Numbered from the whole stretch's first letter, positions 35,896 to 49,300 are shown. The stretch: DNA of 63,995 nt, filler included, from Fonticula-like sp. SCN 57-25 (GCA_001724245.1; 5 parts of 5 records of this genome joined end to end with filler, not necessarily neighbours in it), one strand, 5' to 3'. Numbers and translations: made by a program. The notes: generated by a model not told the origin, from the sequence alone.

Positions 35896-37449
35896 CTACA
35901 TGGCCATGACGCGATGCTTTCCAAAAGCGCTCTGGTCACCAGCATACGTCGGCGGCGGCGTGTAGGACGACGTCGGCGACGGGCCGCTGTTGGGCTGGCG
36001 CATACCAAGCGAGTTCTTTGCATACGACAGGCGAATGCCACCCCTCGTGGAGGTGCTGAGCGGGAGGCCGTGCAGGCGGTGCATGGCGTGCGTCGCGTAC
36101 GAAATGTCTTCAAACTCGACAAAGCACATGGCGCCGTTCGCCTTGTTCTGGAAGGAGAGCCGGCGGTAGCCCGGGCAGTTGCTGAAAAGCGCGCGCAGCT
36201 CCTCGGCGGGCGTGTTCGGCGGCAGGTTGCCGACGTACAGCGTGTTGCACGGCGGGTTCTCGGCGTTGGGTGGGCCCATGCCGCCGTATGGCACATTGCC
36301 CGACGAGAGCGGCGACGTCGGCGACGTCGACGAAAAGGGGCTGGTTGCGCCCGTCGAGTTACTCGACGGCGGGATGTTTGCCTGCCACTTGTTGTCATAG
36401 CCCTGCTGCTGCGAGCCGCTAGACATGAACAAGTTGCTGCTGCTCCCGCTGTTGCTGCCGCCGTTGCTGCTCAGGCCGCTCTGGTAGTGGTCCGGAGCGC
36501 CGCCGTTCCCGCCGAGCGACGAGCTGCCGCCAAGCGAATCATATCCATAACGGTGCGACGACATGGGCGCAGCGTGGAAAGGATCATGGAACTGCGCAGG
36601 AAAAGGAAGCAAGTCAGTAAAGGGCATCAAAGGCGGGAACGGCGGCGAGGCGCACATCATCTGGCGAAAGGTCAAACGCGCGGAAGCGATCCGTCTGGTT
36701 CATCATGGCCAGGTTGGAGATGCCGGCGAGGAGCTCGTCGGCGTAGTTGGAGTTGGACGACATGCCAGTGTCAAAAGACGGCCAGTCGCTGTGGCGCCCG
36801 GCACCGGGGGCCATGCCGCGGTCTCCGGGCCGCCCACGGCGCTGCTGCTGCTGCTGCTGGGACTGCATCGGTTGCGTGTGAAGAGTGGAACCAAACGACG
36901 TCTGGACCATACTCGTCGGCGACTGAAGGGCCGGCGGGCCCGGCGGCGGCGAGATGGAAATCATCTGCGTCTGCATCAGCTGCTGCAGCTGCTGCTGGAG
37001 CGCCACCGGGGGCTTCTTTGTGTGCAGATTCTTCTTGGCGATCTCGGCTTTCAAAACGCTCCCGACCTCCGTGTCGACGCGGCGGCCAATAAGGTGGTCG
37101 CGCGCGTCCTCCGCCTGCTGCCGCGTCTCAAACTTGGCAAACCCGATCAGCTGACATGGGGTGAGTAACAAACAATAGGGGATCCACGTGAACAATCGCA
37201 CCTGCTTGCGATCCTGGCGCTTGAGCATCGCGCATTCATAGCCGATGGCAAATGTAAACATGTTTTGGAACTCGCGCTCCGTAAAGTCCTCCGGGAAGCC
37301 GATCACGAATATCGTAGAGACCTGTGGGCGAAAAGGGGCATGTCAGCTTAGGAATCACGGGTCAACGCAACAGTCAATACCTCTTCCTCGTTCGGAGGGG
37401 ACACGAGACTCGGCGGAGACGTCCCATATGCAATATGATACGAGTCCAT
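35896..37449 (-). CDS. Whi3/Scw1-like two-RRM RNA-binding protein with Q-rich linker
   Basis: [21 protein letters not shown]...IGFAKF...[12 protein letters not shown]-terminal [14 protein letters not shown]...MCFVEFED...[13 protein letters not shown]. Confidence 0.9.
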
Positions 37450-37953
37450 GCTTACCTCGGCAACCGACATTGGCGGGGTAGCCAACTCGCCCAGCGCTGG
37501 TTGCCCTTGGCTCACGCGTGGACCCCGAAAAGCCTCAAAGAACGCCGTTTCGGGAAAGAGCGATTCGGTTTTCCAAACCAAACAAAAGGAAAAAGGATCT
37601 TTCGAGCGAAATCTCACCAGCCGCTCGGCGTCGAACGAGAGGGCAGAACGAAAATAATTCGCCCTTTAGCAACGCCTCCTGCGCACAACCACAACCCCAG
37701 AAGGCTGGATGTTTGCCGCTGGCGACCCGGTTTTTCGACGACCCCAAAACCTTTTTTAGTGACTTCGCGATCACCTGTGATTGGTCCACATGATCTTGCG
37801 AAACAGGGATTTTTGGTATATCGGACCAATCAGGTTCAAGCGAACCACTTGGGTAGGATGACGTAGCAGTGTCAACAGAGGGGTTCATTCAGAAATTATA
37901 ACAATGGATAGAAAAGAAAAACTGTATGAAATTACATGAGCGGAACAAGGAGA

Positions 37954-40333
37954 TCACGATGGCTGAATAAGGTCGATGAGGTTGGCATGCGGCTGCTTGA
38001 CTGCGTCGTCGAAAAAGACCAGGAGCTCCTCGTACACGGCGGTGCGCGCGGCAAAGAGCTCGGTCGCGGTCGAGTCGCGGTTGGCAAAAAGCGACGCCGA
38101 CAGCGCGCGGAACTTTGCGCTCTCCTCTTCGTTCGAGTGGTCCACGACCTCTGACAGGCTCGTCTGCAAAAAGTGGAGCGCGTCCGTTGGCGACGCCTCC
38201 CTGCACTTTTCGATAAAGAGCTGGCGGCGCAGGATGAGCCGCACCATGCGCAGGACCTCGGCCCGCGTCGGGCGGAGCAGGCGCAGCTCCCAAAAGTCGT
38301 CAAAGCGCTTGTTGATGGGGCTGCTGGGCGTGCCGCCAAAGAGGTAGTGCGCTTTCGTCTTGCGGTCGTACACGAGCTGGTGCGCGAAACGCGGCGGCGG
38401 CTCGACTTCCTCCATCTGCGCCCAGTACTGCGGGTCGCTGTTGTCATTCTGGTAGATGCGCGTCCACGAGTTGTCCGCAAGGTTCTGCACCCAGAAGCTG
38501 GCAAAAGAAAAAAATTCAGAAAATGCTCAATGTAAAAAAAGGCGCGCACCTGTTGCGCGACACGTCCTGGCCGACGCCGTCCCGCAGCAGCCCCGACATG
38601 ACGTAAATCTCGTTCAGGTCCGGGTCGATTGTCGCGCGCTGCGTAAAGCCCGGATCCGGGCCGCCGACCTTGGCGAGCTCCTTTTGCATAAAAATGACCC
38701 TATCCGTCTCGATGTGGTAGATGTAATAGTCGTTCAGGTAGTCCTTGAACCGCTGGCCGGCAAAGATGTAGAGGAGTCCCTCGCGCGGGTGGAGCAGCAT
38801 GCAGTGCCCAATGCGCGACTTTAGCTTGACCGCCGCCTCGGGCTGGAACGAGTCTGACCGGACGAGGTGCCAGTGGTTGCGCGCAATGTCGTACACGTAG
38901 AGGCCGCGGTGCGTGTTTTCCGAGCTGCTGGTCTCGGACGGGCGGACCCTGGGCAGCACGTTAGCAACATGGCTCATAATCGCGCGGTTGCGTACTTTCC
39001 GCCAAAGACAAACATCTTTTGCCGCTCCGTGTCGATGCACATCTGGTGGTCGTAGATGAGGTCCGGGCCGCCCTCGGCGTACACGTCGCGGCTGATGGCC
39101 GTCCAGCGATTCGCGTCAATGTCGTACACGTAAAAGTCGCACGGTTGCGACTTGTTTTCTGGCGCGCTCGTCGGGTGCCGCGCCTTGTCCTCGCCGCCAG
39201 CCGGCACGGGATCGAGCTCAATGTAACCGCCGAGCGTGTAGATCAGCCTGCGGCTCGGGTCGATGCAGATCTTGTGGCACGAGCGCGCCACAGGGCCGCC
39301 CTGCTCGGCCACGTTGCTCGAAATGAGCGTCCACTGGCCAGCTGCAATGTCGTAGCGCCAAAAGTCGCCCAGGTCCGAGGTGCCGTCCCACCCGCCAAAC
39401 AGGTACACCTGGCCGGCGTCCGAGTCGATGCACATCTGGTGGCCGCCGCGGCGGCCCGGCGCCGGTCCCTCGGGCCGCAGCCGCTTCCACGCGGGCGTGT
39501 AGGTGCAGCGGCGAATATAGCCGTCAAATACGCCCTGTTCGCAGGCGGCCGCCGTGAGGCGCTCTGCCTCCTCAAAATTGCCCTCCAGTACAACGGCGCG
39601 GTGAAGCGTCGTCAGCGTCGGGTGCTCGAGCGGATGCTGGCAGCGGGCCTGGAGCGCATCAAAGACGTCAAGGTAGTTGTGCTGCCTAAAGTACTTTAGG
39701 CACAGGCGCATGGCCTCCGTTTCGCGGTACGCGTTGTACGAATTGAGGGCTGGGAAAGGTCAGTACAGAACCAGCGGTCGGCGGGTGCGTACCATCGTTG
39801 ACGATCGCCGAATCGTCGATGCCTCTCAGCTGCAGGAACCAAATACTATAATTGAAGCTCTGCGCCCACGCAAGCAGCGGGACGATCTTTATGTATTGGC
39901 AAGGGAAAAAGTCGCCGCCGATCCGGGTCTTGAGCGGGAACGTCTCGGCCTCGTCATCGTTGCGGAGGCCGCTGTGTAAAAGTTCGACCATGCTGTCCGG
40001 CGTAATGCCACCAAAGACCTTGAACTCTCTCAAATTACACACATGGTTCTTGTGGTGCTTTCCGAAAAGAATGGTGCCGACGATGGAGAGCTTCTCGAGG
40101 CGCACCACAAGGTACTGGTTAGGATTGTTTGTGGCGGACGACCAGCGCGATCCTTGGTCCAGCGGGCGATCGACCAGGATGTTGCGCGGGTGGTAGCCGG
40201 TGCTGTAGCTCGACCAGCTGTGAACGTCATATGAAAGTACTTGAAGAGGGCCGGGAAGCGCCGCGTGAAGGCGTGGGGCGACGCTCGTCACCGAGGCCGC
40301 CTCCCCGCTCGCCGTGGCGTCACCGCCGCGCAT
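37954..40333 (-). CDS. MKLN1: Muskelin (CTLH/GID complex): discoidin-like N-terminus, LisH/CTLH, kelch repeats
   Basis: SWSSYSTGYHPRNILVDRPLDQGSRWSS, FGKHHKNHVCNL, LCLKYFRQHNY, PGRRGGHQM, RSCHK, DHQM, SRIGH, PRFAHQLVY. Confidence 0.95.
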
Positions 40334-40499
40334 GTCACCTCGAGTATGTTGGTTCAATCTGATTGGTCGTCGCAAGTTTTCAAATCAGGCAAATATGGTG
40401 CGATATTATTTTATCGATCGATTCACTACAACTGTATCGTTGCACCCTGATAATATGAAAATATACCCATTTATCGATTGAGAAGAATAGCAAAACATG

Positions 40500-41051
40500 G
40501 CATGAACGGTATGCAAAGCAACAGAGTGCAAACTTCAAATTAACAACTACTACGACCGGTAGCCAATGGTAAGGTAAGAAACAACAAACCAGAACTTTCC
40601 TCGAGGGTCCGCAGCCAGAGGGACGCTGGAAGAGAAGAGCAGGGCCGACAGCATGAACTGGAAACAGTGTGAGCAGCGGAAAAAGATGCGCAGGTGAAAC
40701 CGTACATATGACAGGCGCATCACTTCGATACACATGATGATGAGGAACACGCTGTTGCGCGTGAGGTGCACCACGAGCGTCCGCGTGACGTTGATGGGAT
40801 CGCGGCCGTACTTGATGCACTCGCGGTTGTACTGGCGAATCTGCCCAAACCATTAGCACTGACCACGAGGGGCACAAGCTTCTACCTTGAAGTACAGCAG
40901 GACGTAGGCGACCACGTAGGCAAAGAGCTTGACGCCGCCAATGATGGCGAAACGGATCGCAAGGTCGCCGGCGTAGTGCTGCTCGGGCGTCATGTTGTAG
41001 TTGAGTGCGTACGCGGCGAGTTCGCTGGCCGGCAGCGTGCTCGTGTAGTAG
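40500..41051 (-). CDS. C-terminal fragment of an unidentified multi-pass membrane protein
   Basis: Open frame from the contig end with hydrophobic helices (FAIIGGVKLFAYVVAYVLLYFK; SVFLIIMCIE) and plausible introns; 3' end uncertain. Confidence 0.45.
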
Positions 41052-41151
41052 NNNNNNNNNNNNNNNNNNNNNNNNNNNNNNNNNNNNNNNNNNNNTTAAT
41101 TAATTAANNNNNNNNNNNNNNNNNNNNNNNNNNNNNNNNNNNNNNNNNNNN
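41052..41151. other. Artificial contig linker
   Basis: N44-TTAATTAATTAA-N44. Confidence 0.98.
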
Positions 41152-41212
41152 GTGCGTGAGTGGGCATCAGTTGTTGTTGTAGGAAGTGAAAGAGAAAAGA
41201 GTGGTGGACGCA

Positions 41213-43326
41213 ATGGCGCATCAACTGGTCAAGAAGGCGACGATTCAACCACACACGAATGTCGTTCGTCTTTCTTTGCTTTTGACATGCTGCTGGTCTG
41301 ATGCTGATTGTGTTTTCAGGTGTATGGGTGTGCGATTTCGCCCGACGGCACTTTGGTGGCAACTGGCAGTTATGACAAGTCACTCTGCATCACCAACATT
41401 GCCACTCAGGCAAAAGTGTACACTGCGCAGTGTGACGGTTATGTACGTGTCCATTTATTCTCTTTTTTCTGACCATCTGGTCAAGGTGTATGGTGGTATC
41501 GCGTGGTCGCCCGACGGGACGCGTCTTGTCGCCGTGACAACTGGTGGCAGTGTCATCCAAGTCTCAAACAACAATGCGCACTCGACGGTGTACAAGAACA
41601 ACATTGCTGTATGCATCGTGCTTGTCGCCCTTTCTTTGCTCATCCCTTGTCTAGTTGTATGGATGCGCATTCAGTCCCCGTGGGATCGTTGCCGTCGGTG
41701 GAGATGATCAAGCAGTGACACTTTTGGATCCATCCAACAACTATTCAGTCATTCAAACATTCACTGGATTGTCTCACTATGTGCGTTCGTGTATGATTAA
41801 TTGCTGTTGCTAACACAAATGTGTCAGGTGTGGCGTGCTGCCTTTTCCCCCGATGGGAATATTCTTGTCGCGGGATGTGATTATGGCCACGTGTACATTT
41901 ATGGACTGACCAATGGCAATTGGAAGCAAGTATCAGATATCAAGCATCATTCTGGTGAAGTATGATACTATTTGTATTATTCCCATAACTCATGATACTA
42001 GATCTTGTCACTCTGCTTTAGTCCCTCTGGCCGCATGCTATTGGCCACAAGTGCTGACAAGACTGCTTCCATTTGGAATGTTCCATCCAATACCACGTGG
42101 TCATCCACTCCTCACGTGACACTCAAGGGGCACACAGAAGGTGTCTATGGCGGCGCCTTTCTCGGCGGCGAGTCACACGTGATCACTGGGTCAGAAGATA
42201 GGTCACTCCTTATTTGGCGCACCTCTGATGGAGTGCAAACTGCAAACTACGAATGTGGTGGAATGGTGTGTCACACTTTGCCTATTATTATTGCTGTTAT
42301 TGCTCACCCATTTTGCTATGCAGGTGTGTTCATTGTCGTATCACGCTGCGTTTGGCAATATTGTTGCTGGTCTTCTTGATGGTCAAGTGGAAATGTGGCA
42401 AACTGATCCTCATATTGCACCTGCCCCTCAAGCTGCCCTTCCCGCCCATGAATGCGTCCGGGAGCGACTGGCCGAGGCGCAGGCACAAGCCAATGATATC
42501 CAAGCATCACTTAAAAAGGCCGACAGTGGATTACGTCAGCAAATGTCACGTGAGCAGGAATTGAAGCGATCGATTGCCGACCTCGAGGCCAAATGTGCGC
42601 ACTCGATAGCAAGTACATGAGCCGCAGTTCTAACATGTATTAAATTATTTATGTCTAGTGGCGAGCGAGAAAAAGGCACTTGAGGAACTGCAAACTCCCG
42701 AGTATATTACACAATCACGTGATTTAAGTGAACTGATGGAGCGCCACAATGGCCTCATGGGCATCATTCATGTTTGCACGCAGACACTTGACAGTTTGAC
42801 AGACTGTCTATCTGTTTCTGGATTGGAGGATCTGCGTGGGGACGCCTTTAAGGAGTGGTTGTGTGACATCGGAATGGGCAAACTGCAAACCTCGTTAAAG
42901 GACATTGATGGCATTTCCCTGACGATGCTCAACGTGGAACATGTGATGGAATATGGTGTGTCATTCTCCGATGCCGCCGCCCTTCAACTGCGCGGCTATA
43001 TTGCGCACAACAAGCTGAGTGATGACAGCGCATTTGCCCCACCACGTGGCAGCGTATTGTCATGGGACGAAGTGCAAACTGCAAACTGGATCAAGTCACT
43101 TGGTGACTCTTATGCTTGCTTGGCTTCTGCTGGCTGGCATGGTGCCGCCCTATGCTCGCTGTCGCCGCCGCGTGTTGTTGAAGCAGGAAAGGGAGCACTC
43201 AAGGTGCCAGATGCAGTAAAGTTCATTGGATTAGTGCGCCATGTGCGAAGTGAAACAGATGGTGGTAAGGCCATGTGGGTGACAAAGTGGATAGGGTCGA
43301 TTCCTATTGAGAATCAATCCCCATAG
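41213..43326 (+). CDS. WD40 (7 blades)/coiled-coil/tandem-SAM protein, copy A, 8 exons
   Basis: Spliced frame: MAHQLVKKATIQPHTNV|VYGCAISPDGTLVATGSYDK...|...GHTEGVYGGAFLG...GSEDRSLLIW. Heptad region, then SAM-like EWLCDIGMGKL...IDGISLTML...YGVS and VLSWDEVQTANWI...WHGAALCSL. Confidence 0.88.
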
Positions 43327-44066
43327 CACTTTCATTATAGTCTTTATTTATTTTTCCTTTTCTTTTACTTTTCTTTGGCAATTTGTAAAGTAATACATAA
43401 TCAAGTATAAATACTTGCTGTGGCTTATCTCACTTTCTGGTGCGCAATATTGGATGTCATTGTGCCTATGTAAACTCCATGACGGTAAGGAACAGGGCGC
43501 CATCGATCTCTTGTGCAATAAAGTCATTGAGCAAATGCGTGACGTCATATGTGGGCGGGAAACCGACGCGCGACATGCATCTTCGCCTGATCACCCGGGC
43601 TGATCATGGGCATCGAAGGCGATCGCCGATCTCAGAATAAACACGACACACGACAACGAGAGCAAACTCGCGTCGGAACGCGGCCACATGCGCTTACAAA
43701 AGATCGAGGTCGTCTTTTGTGACGATGCGCGTGATCGCATTCGCGCACGATGGCGGCACTCGGGGATGCAGCTGCAAAGGGATGGGTGATTGTCAGCCTG
43801 ATGAGCGTGGCCGCCAAAGAACGCCTAGATGTACTTATTTAAGCCATACAATCACTTTCCTATAGTGGTGACGGTCATCTTTGGCAGCAACAACTGATTA
43901 ACTACGGCGTCGACGCCGCACGTGCCTATGCTTACAAGGCCAGCATCAATTCACGTGACCATGATTTCATTACCACGTGGCCGTAATTTTTTGCAGCGGC
44001 GCACTCGAGTTGGCAGTTGAGCAGCGGCGATCGCAGAAAGGGAAAGCGAGAAGAGTGGTGGACGCA

Positions 44067-46163
44067 ATGGCGCATCAACTGATCAAGAAGACGACTATTG
44101 AACCGCACACGAGTCACGTACGTCTTTGCTTTTGAAGTGCTGCTGGTCTGATGCTGATTGTGTTTGCAGGTGTATGCGTGTCCAATTTCCCCCGACGGGA
44201 CTTTGGTGGCAACTGGCAGTTATGACAAGACACTCTGCATCATCAATATTGCCACGCAGAAAATGGTGTACTCTGTGAAGTGTGGTAATTATGTACGTGT
44301 TTCTTTGTGCTCATTTGTTTCTGACACCCCATCAAGCTGTATGATGTCGCGTGGTCGCCCGACGGGACCCGTCTTATCGCCATGACAAATGGTGGCAGTG
44401 TCATAGAAGTCACAAACAACAATGCGCACTCGACAGTGTACAAGAGCGACACAGTTGTACGCTTCATTATTAGTGCTCTTTCTTTGCTCATCCCTTGTCA
44501 AGGTGAATGCGTGCGCGTTCAGTCCCAATGGGATCCTTGCCGTCGGTGGCGATGATTGCGCAGTGACACTTTTGGATCCATTCAAAAACTATTCAGTTAT
44601 TCAAACATTCACTGGATTGTCTGGCTATGTGCGTTACTAAATTTTAATAATTACTTGCTGTTGCTCACACAAAAGTGCCAGGTGTGGCGTGTTGCCTTTT
44701 CCCCCGCTGGAAATATTCTTGCAGTGGGATGTTACGGTGGTTACATGTACATTTATGGACTGACCAACGGTAAATGGGCTCAAGTGGCTTATAACAAGTA
44801 TCATTCTGAGAGGGTATGATACTTCACTTGATAATAATCTCATTTCTCAAATAATATCACTAGATCTTGTCTCTCTGCTTCAGTCCCTCTGGCCGCATGC
44901 TATTGGTCACATGTGGTGACAAGACTGCTTCCATCTGGAATGTTCCATCCAATGCCACGTGGGCTTTGTCTCCTCACGTGACACTCGAGGGGCACACTAA
45001 TGAAGTTAGAGGATGCGCCTTTCTCGGTGACGAGTCTCACGTGATCACTGGGTCATGGGATCATTCCCTCCGCATTTGGCGCACCTCTGATGGATTGCAA
45101 ACTGCAAACTGCCAATGTGGTGGAGAGGTGCGTCACTCATTGGTCGATAATGCTATTATCATATTTTGTCACTAACCCATGTTGCACGTTGTGCAGGCAA
45201 ATTCGTTGTCATATCACGCAGTGTCAGACAACATTATAATTGGACTGAGAAATGGTCACGTGGAAATTTGGCAAACTGATCTATTTGGTCCCCTTCCCGC
45301 CCATGTGTGCGTCCGCGAGCGGCTGGCCGAGGCGAAAGCAGAAGCGGATGAAATGAAATCATTGCTTGATAAGACAGACAGTGTATTACGTCAGCAAATG
45401 TCACGTGAGCAGGAACTGAAGCGATCCATCGCCGACCTCGAGGCCAAATGTGCGCACTGAGTATCACGTGGCCAATGCACTAACCATGTGTCTAGTGGCG
45501 AGCGAAAAGAAGGCACTAGCACAACTGCAAACTCCCGAGTATATTGCACAATCACGTGATTTAAGTGAACTTATGGAGCGCCACAATGAACTGCTTGGCA
45601 TTATTCATGCTTGCACGCAGACACTTGACAGCTTGACAGACTGTCTATCTGTTTCCGGATTGGAGGATCTTCGAGGAGAGGCCTTTAATGAGTGGCTGTG
45701 CGACATTGGCATGAGCAAACTGCAAACTGCGCTAAAGGACATTGATGGCATTTCCCTGACGATGCTCAGTGTGGAACTCGTGATGGAATATGGTGTGTCA
45801 TTCTCCGATGCCGCCGCCCTTCAACTGCGCGGCTATATTGCGCACAACAAGCTGAGTGATGACAGCGCATTCGCCCCGCCGAGTGAGACTGTCCTATCAT
45901 GGGACGAAGCGCAAACTGCAAACTGGATTGCCTCACTTGATGCTTCCTATGCTTGCTTGGCTTCTGCTGGCTGGCATGGTGCTGCCTTATGTTCTCTTTC
46001 GCCGCCACGTGTTGTTGAAGCAGGAAAGGGCGCACTCAAGGTGCCAAATGCTGTAAAGTTCATTGGTCTTCTGCGTGCGAAGCGAACCGAAACGGACGGT
46101 GATAAGGCCACGTGGGTGTCAAAGTGGACTGGCACAAGCGCCATTGAAAATCAAGCTATCTAG
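44067..46163 (+). CDS. WD40/coiled-coil/tandem-SAM protein, copy B (tandem paralogue)
   Basis: Same 8-exon structure and 5' flank (AAGAGTGGTGGACGCAATG) as copy A; open spliced frame. Confidence 0.88.
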
Positions 46164-46310
46164 CTCCAATCGATAAAAGAAATTGCCCCTTTGTTGACGT
46201 GGTATGTGTAAGTGTATAGAATAGATGTATTAAATGGATAATGTATTGAAGAGACAATTATGTTGATGAGATTGACTGGAATTGACAGAGGGACCGAATC
46301 CCGCATTCGA

Positions 46311-49300
46311 CTAGTACTTGAACAGTTCGACCTGGCTATGACCGGCAGCGCGGTGGCGGACAAACCCAGCAATGCAAATTGCAATATGAAACGCGACGAG
46401 CAGCGTCGACATGACGATAGCAACGATGACGGCGACGTCCTTGACGCCGGCGACGAACGCGGCGACCTGAATGTACAATTGCGGAATATTGAGCAGAATA
46501 AAAGTAATGAGAGATGCGTTGCGGATAATCTTTTTAACCGACTCTGAAAACTGCGCGTCGCCCGCCGCCCTCGCCTGCAGCAGCGTGGCCACCTGCGCCT
46601 GGACGGCCGCCGCGAGCAGGATGGCGCCGGCGACCGCGCGCTCTTTTGGTGACTGGCCGGGGTTGTCGGGCAGCACGCGGCTAATATAGACCCACGACGA
46701 TACGGTAATGTTGACGACGGCGACGGTGAGCAGAAAGACAAGCGAAATGGTCGCCAATGATGGGACGAGCGACGCAAACATGGCAGCGATGGCGACAGAG
46801 TCGGTTATAAAGCTGCCGACGGCGAGCGAGATAAGGGCCAGCGAAATGCCATGGTCGCCAAAGGTGCTGTCGCCAAAGGCATTGTCGGCGCTGAATGACT
46901 GCCGCGCCGACACGAGCAGCATCACGACGGCGACGAGGATGGAAAGGCAAAGAACAACGACGGAAAAGTCGTTGCGGCGCGTTTGGGCAGCGAGTGCTTC
47001 GGCCGACGCGGCAATGCAATAGCCGCCGGAATTGAAGCTTGAATCGGCGCAGGAAGTGCACGATCCGGCGGCGGAGCTCGTGCACGTGGTGCAGTTGGTG
47101 GGGCACGAGCGGCACTCGCCCATATCGGCAAAGGAGCCAGAAGGGCACTCGTCAATGCACGTGCCAAGGGAAAGCACAAATGGTGATGTGCAGGTGGAGC
47201 AGAGCGACTGGGACGAGCAAGAAGCGCAGTTTTGGCCGCAGGAAAGGCACACGTGGCCAGAGGCAAAGTGGCCAGATGGGCAGGCGGACACGCAAGAAGA
47301 GCCATAAAGAAGGTCGGGCGCAAAGCACGAGGTGCAGGTGGTTGATGAAGAGCACGTGGCGCAGTCGGCGGCGCAGGGTTGGCACGTGCTGCCAGACACA
47401 AAGTGGCCGGAAGGGCACGAGGCAACGCACGAATCGCCAAGCAGCAGGAACGGATTATTGCATGATTGGCAAGAGGTGGCGCTCGAGCACGTGGCGCATT
47501 CGCCGCTACAAGTAGTGCACGTGGCGCTGTCGGGTGTGTACTTGCCGGCAGGGCACATAGAGACGCAGATTGTGCCATCGAGCAGCAACGGCGACTTGCA
47601 TGACGTACATGCGCTTGATGACGCACATGTTGCGCAGTCGCTTGCACAGAGCTGGCATGAGCCGCCAGAGCTAAAGTGGCCGCTCGGGCAAGAAGCAACG
47701 CATGAATCGCCGAGTAGCAGGAACGGCGCGACACATGACTGGCAAGAAGTAGCGCTTGAGCACGTGGCACAAGTGGTATTGCAGGCGGTGCACACGGCGT
47801 CTTGGGCAAATTTGCCTGCAGGACAGTTTGATAGGCAGATAGTGCCGTCGAGCAACAATGGCGACTTGCACGAGGAGCATGCCGTTGATGACGTGCACGT
47901 GGCGCAATCACCGCTGCAGGCAATACATGTGCCAGAAAACTCGAAATGATCAATCGGACACGCAGCAACGCACGAATCGCCTAGCAGCAGGAAAGGTGCA
48001 GCACACGACTGACACAATGTCGCGCTTGAGCACGTGGCGCATGTCGCATTGCACGCGGCACAGCTTCCGCTTCCCCCATTGTACTTGCCCGCCGGGCATG
48101 TAGATACACACGTGGTGCCGTCGAGCAACAATGGCGACTTGCACGAAGTGCATTCCGTTGACGACGTACATGTGGCGCAGTCGCCAGTGCACGCATGACA
48201 CGTGCCGCCCGACGCATAGTGATCGCTCGGGCACGCCCCGGCGCACGAGTCGCCAATCAAAAAGAAGGGCGGGCTGCACGACTGGCACGAAGTGGGGCTC
48301 GAGCACGTGGCGCATGTCGCATTGCAAGCGGTGCAAACGGCGTCTTGGACAAACTTGCCGGAAGGACAGGTAGATACGCAAGTAGTGCCATCAAGCAGCA
48401 AGGGTGACTTGCATGAAGTACACGCTGTCGATGACGTACATGTGGCGCAATCACCCGTGCACGCAACGCATGTGCCGGCGGACGAGTAATAGTCGCTGGG
48501 GCAAGCAGCGACACATGAATCGCCGAGCAGCAGGAACGGCGCCGCACATGACTGGCACGATGTCGCGCTCGAGCACGAGGCACAGGTCGTATTACAAGCG
48601 GCGCACACGGCGTTGTCCGGCGTGTACTTGCCAGCAGGACAGGTTGCGACGCAAGCAGTGCCATCAAGCAACAACGGCGACTTGCATGACGAGCACTCGG
48701 TCGATGACGCGCATGTGGCGCAATCGCCAGTGCAGGCAACGCACGTCCCACCCAACGCATAGTGGTCAATCGGGCACGCAGCAACGCACGAATCGCCGAG
48801 CAACAAAAAGGGCGTGTTGCATGATTGGCATGATGTCGCGCTCGTGCAAGTGGCACACGTGGTATTGCACGCGGCACAAGCCCCGCTCCCTCCGTCATAC
48901 TTGCCCGCCGGGCATGAACGCATGTTGAGCCGTCCAATAACAACGGCGCATAGCAAGCAGTGCAGTCGCTTGACCCAGAATTGCTGCATGAAGAGCATGA
49001 CGCGTGGCACTGCACGCAGTTGCCGCCAATCTCCACGTGGTGCTCGAGGCACTGCGCGCAGCGAAGCACCGCGTCATATCCCGCCTCGCATGCGCACGTG
49101 CCGTTGCCCGCCGCGCCGTCTCTGCACTGACCGTGCCCGTTGCAAGTGTCGCACACTGAGCAGGAACTACCAAAATAGTTGGCGGCGCAGTCGCTGCACA
49201 TCTCGCTCACCTCGTTGAATACCCACCCCGCGTCGCAGATGCACGTCCCATTGCCCGCCACGCCGCTGCTGCACGCGCCGTGGCCGCAGCTCGGGCAGCT

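Noticed and set aside
41213-46163. NLR (NACHT/NB-ARC-WD40) or WDSUB1
   Set aside because: No P-loop NTPase or U-box is visible, and the domain order differs.
47040-49030. CRISPR-like or non-coding repeat array
   Set aside because: The repeats are in-frame Cys-rich coding units without a repeat-spacer structure.
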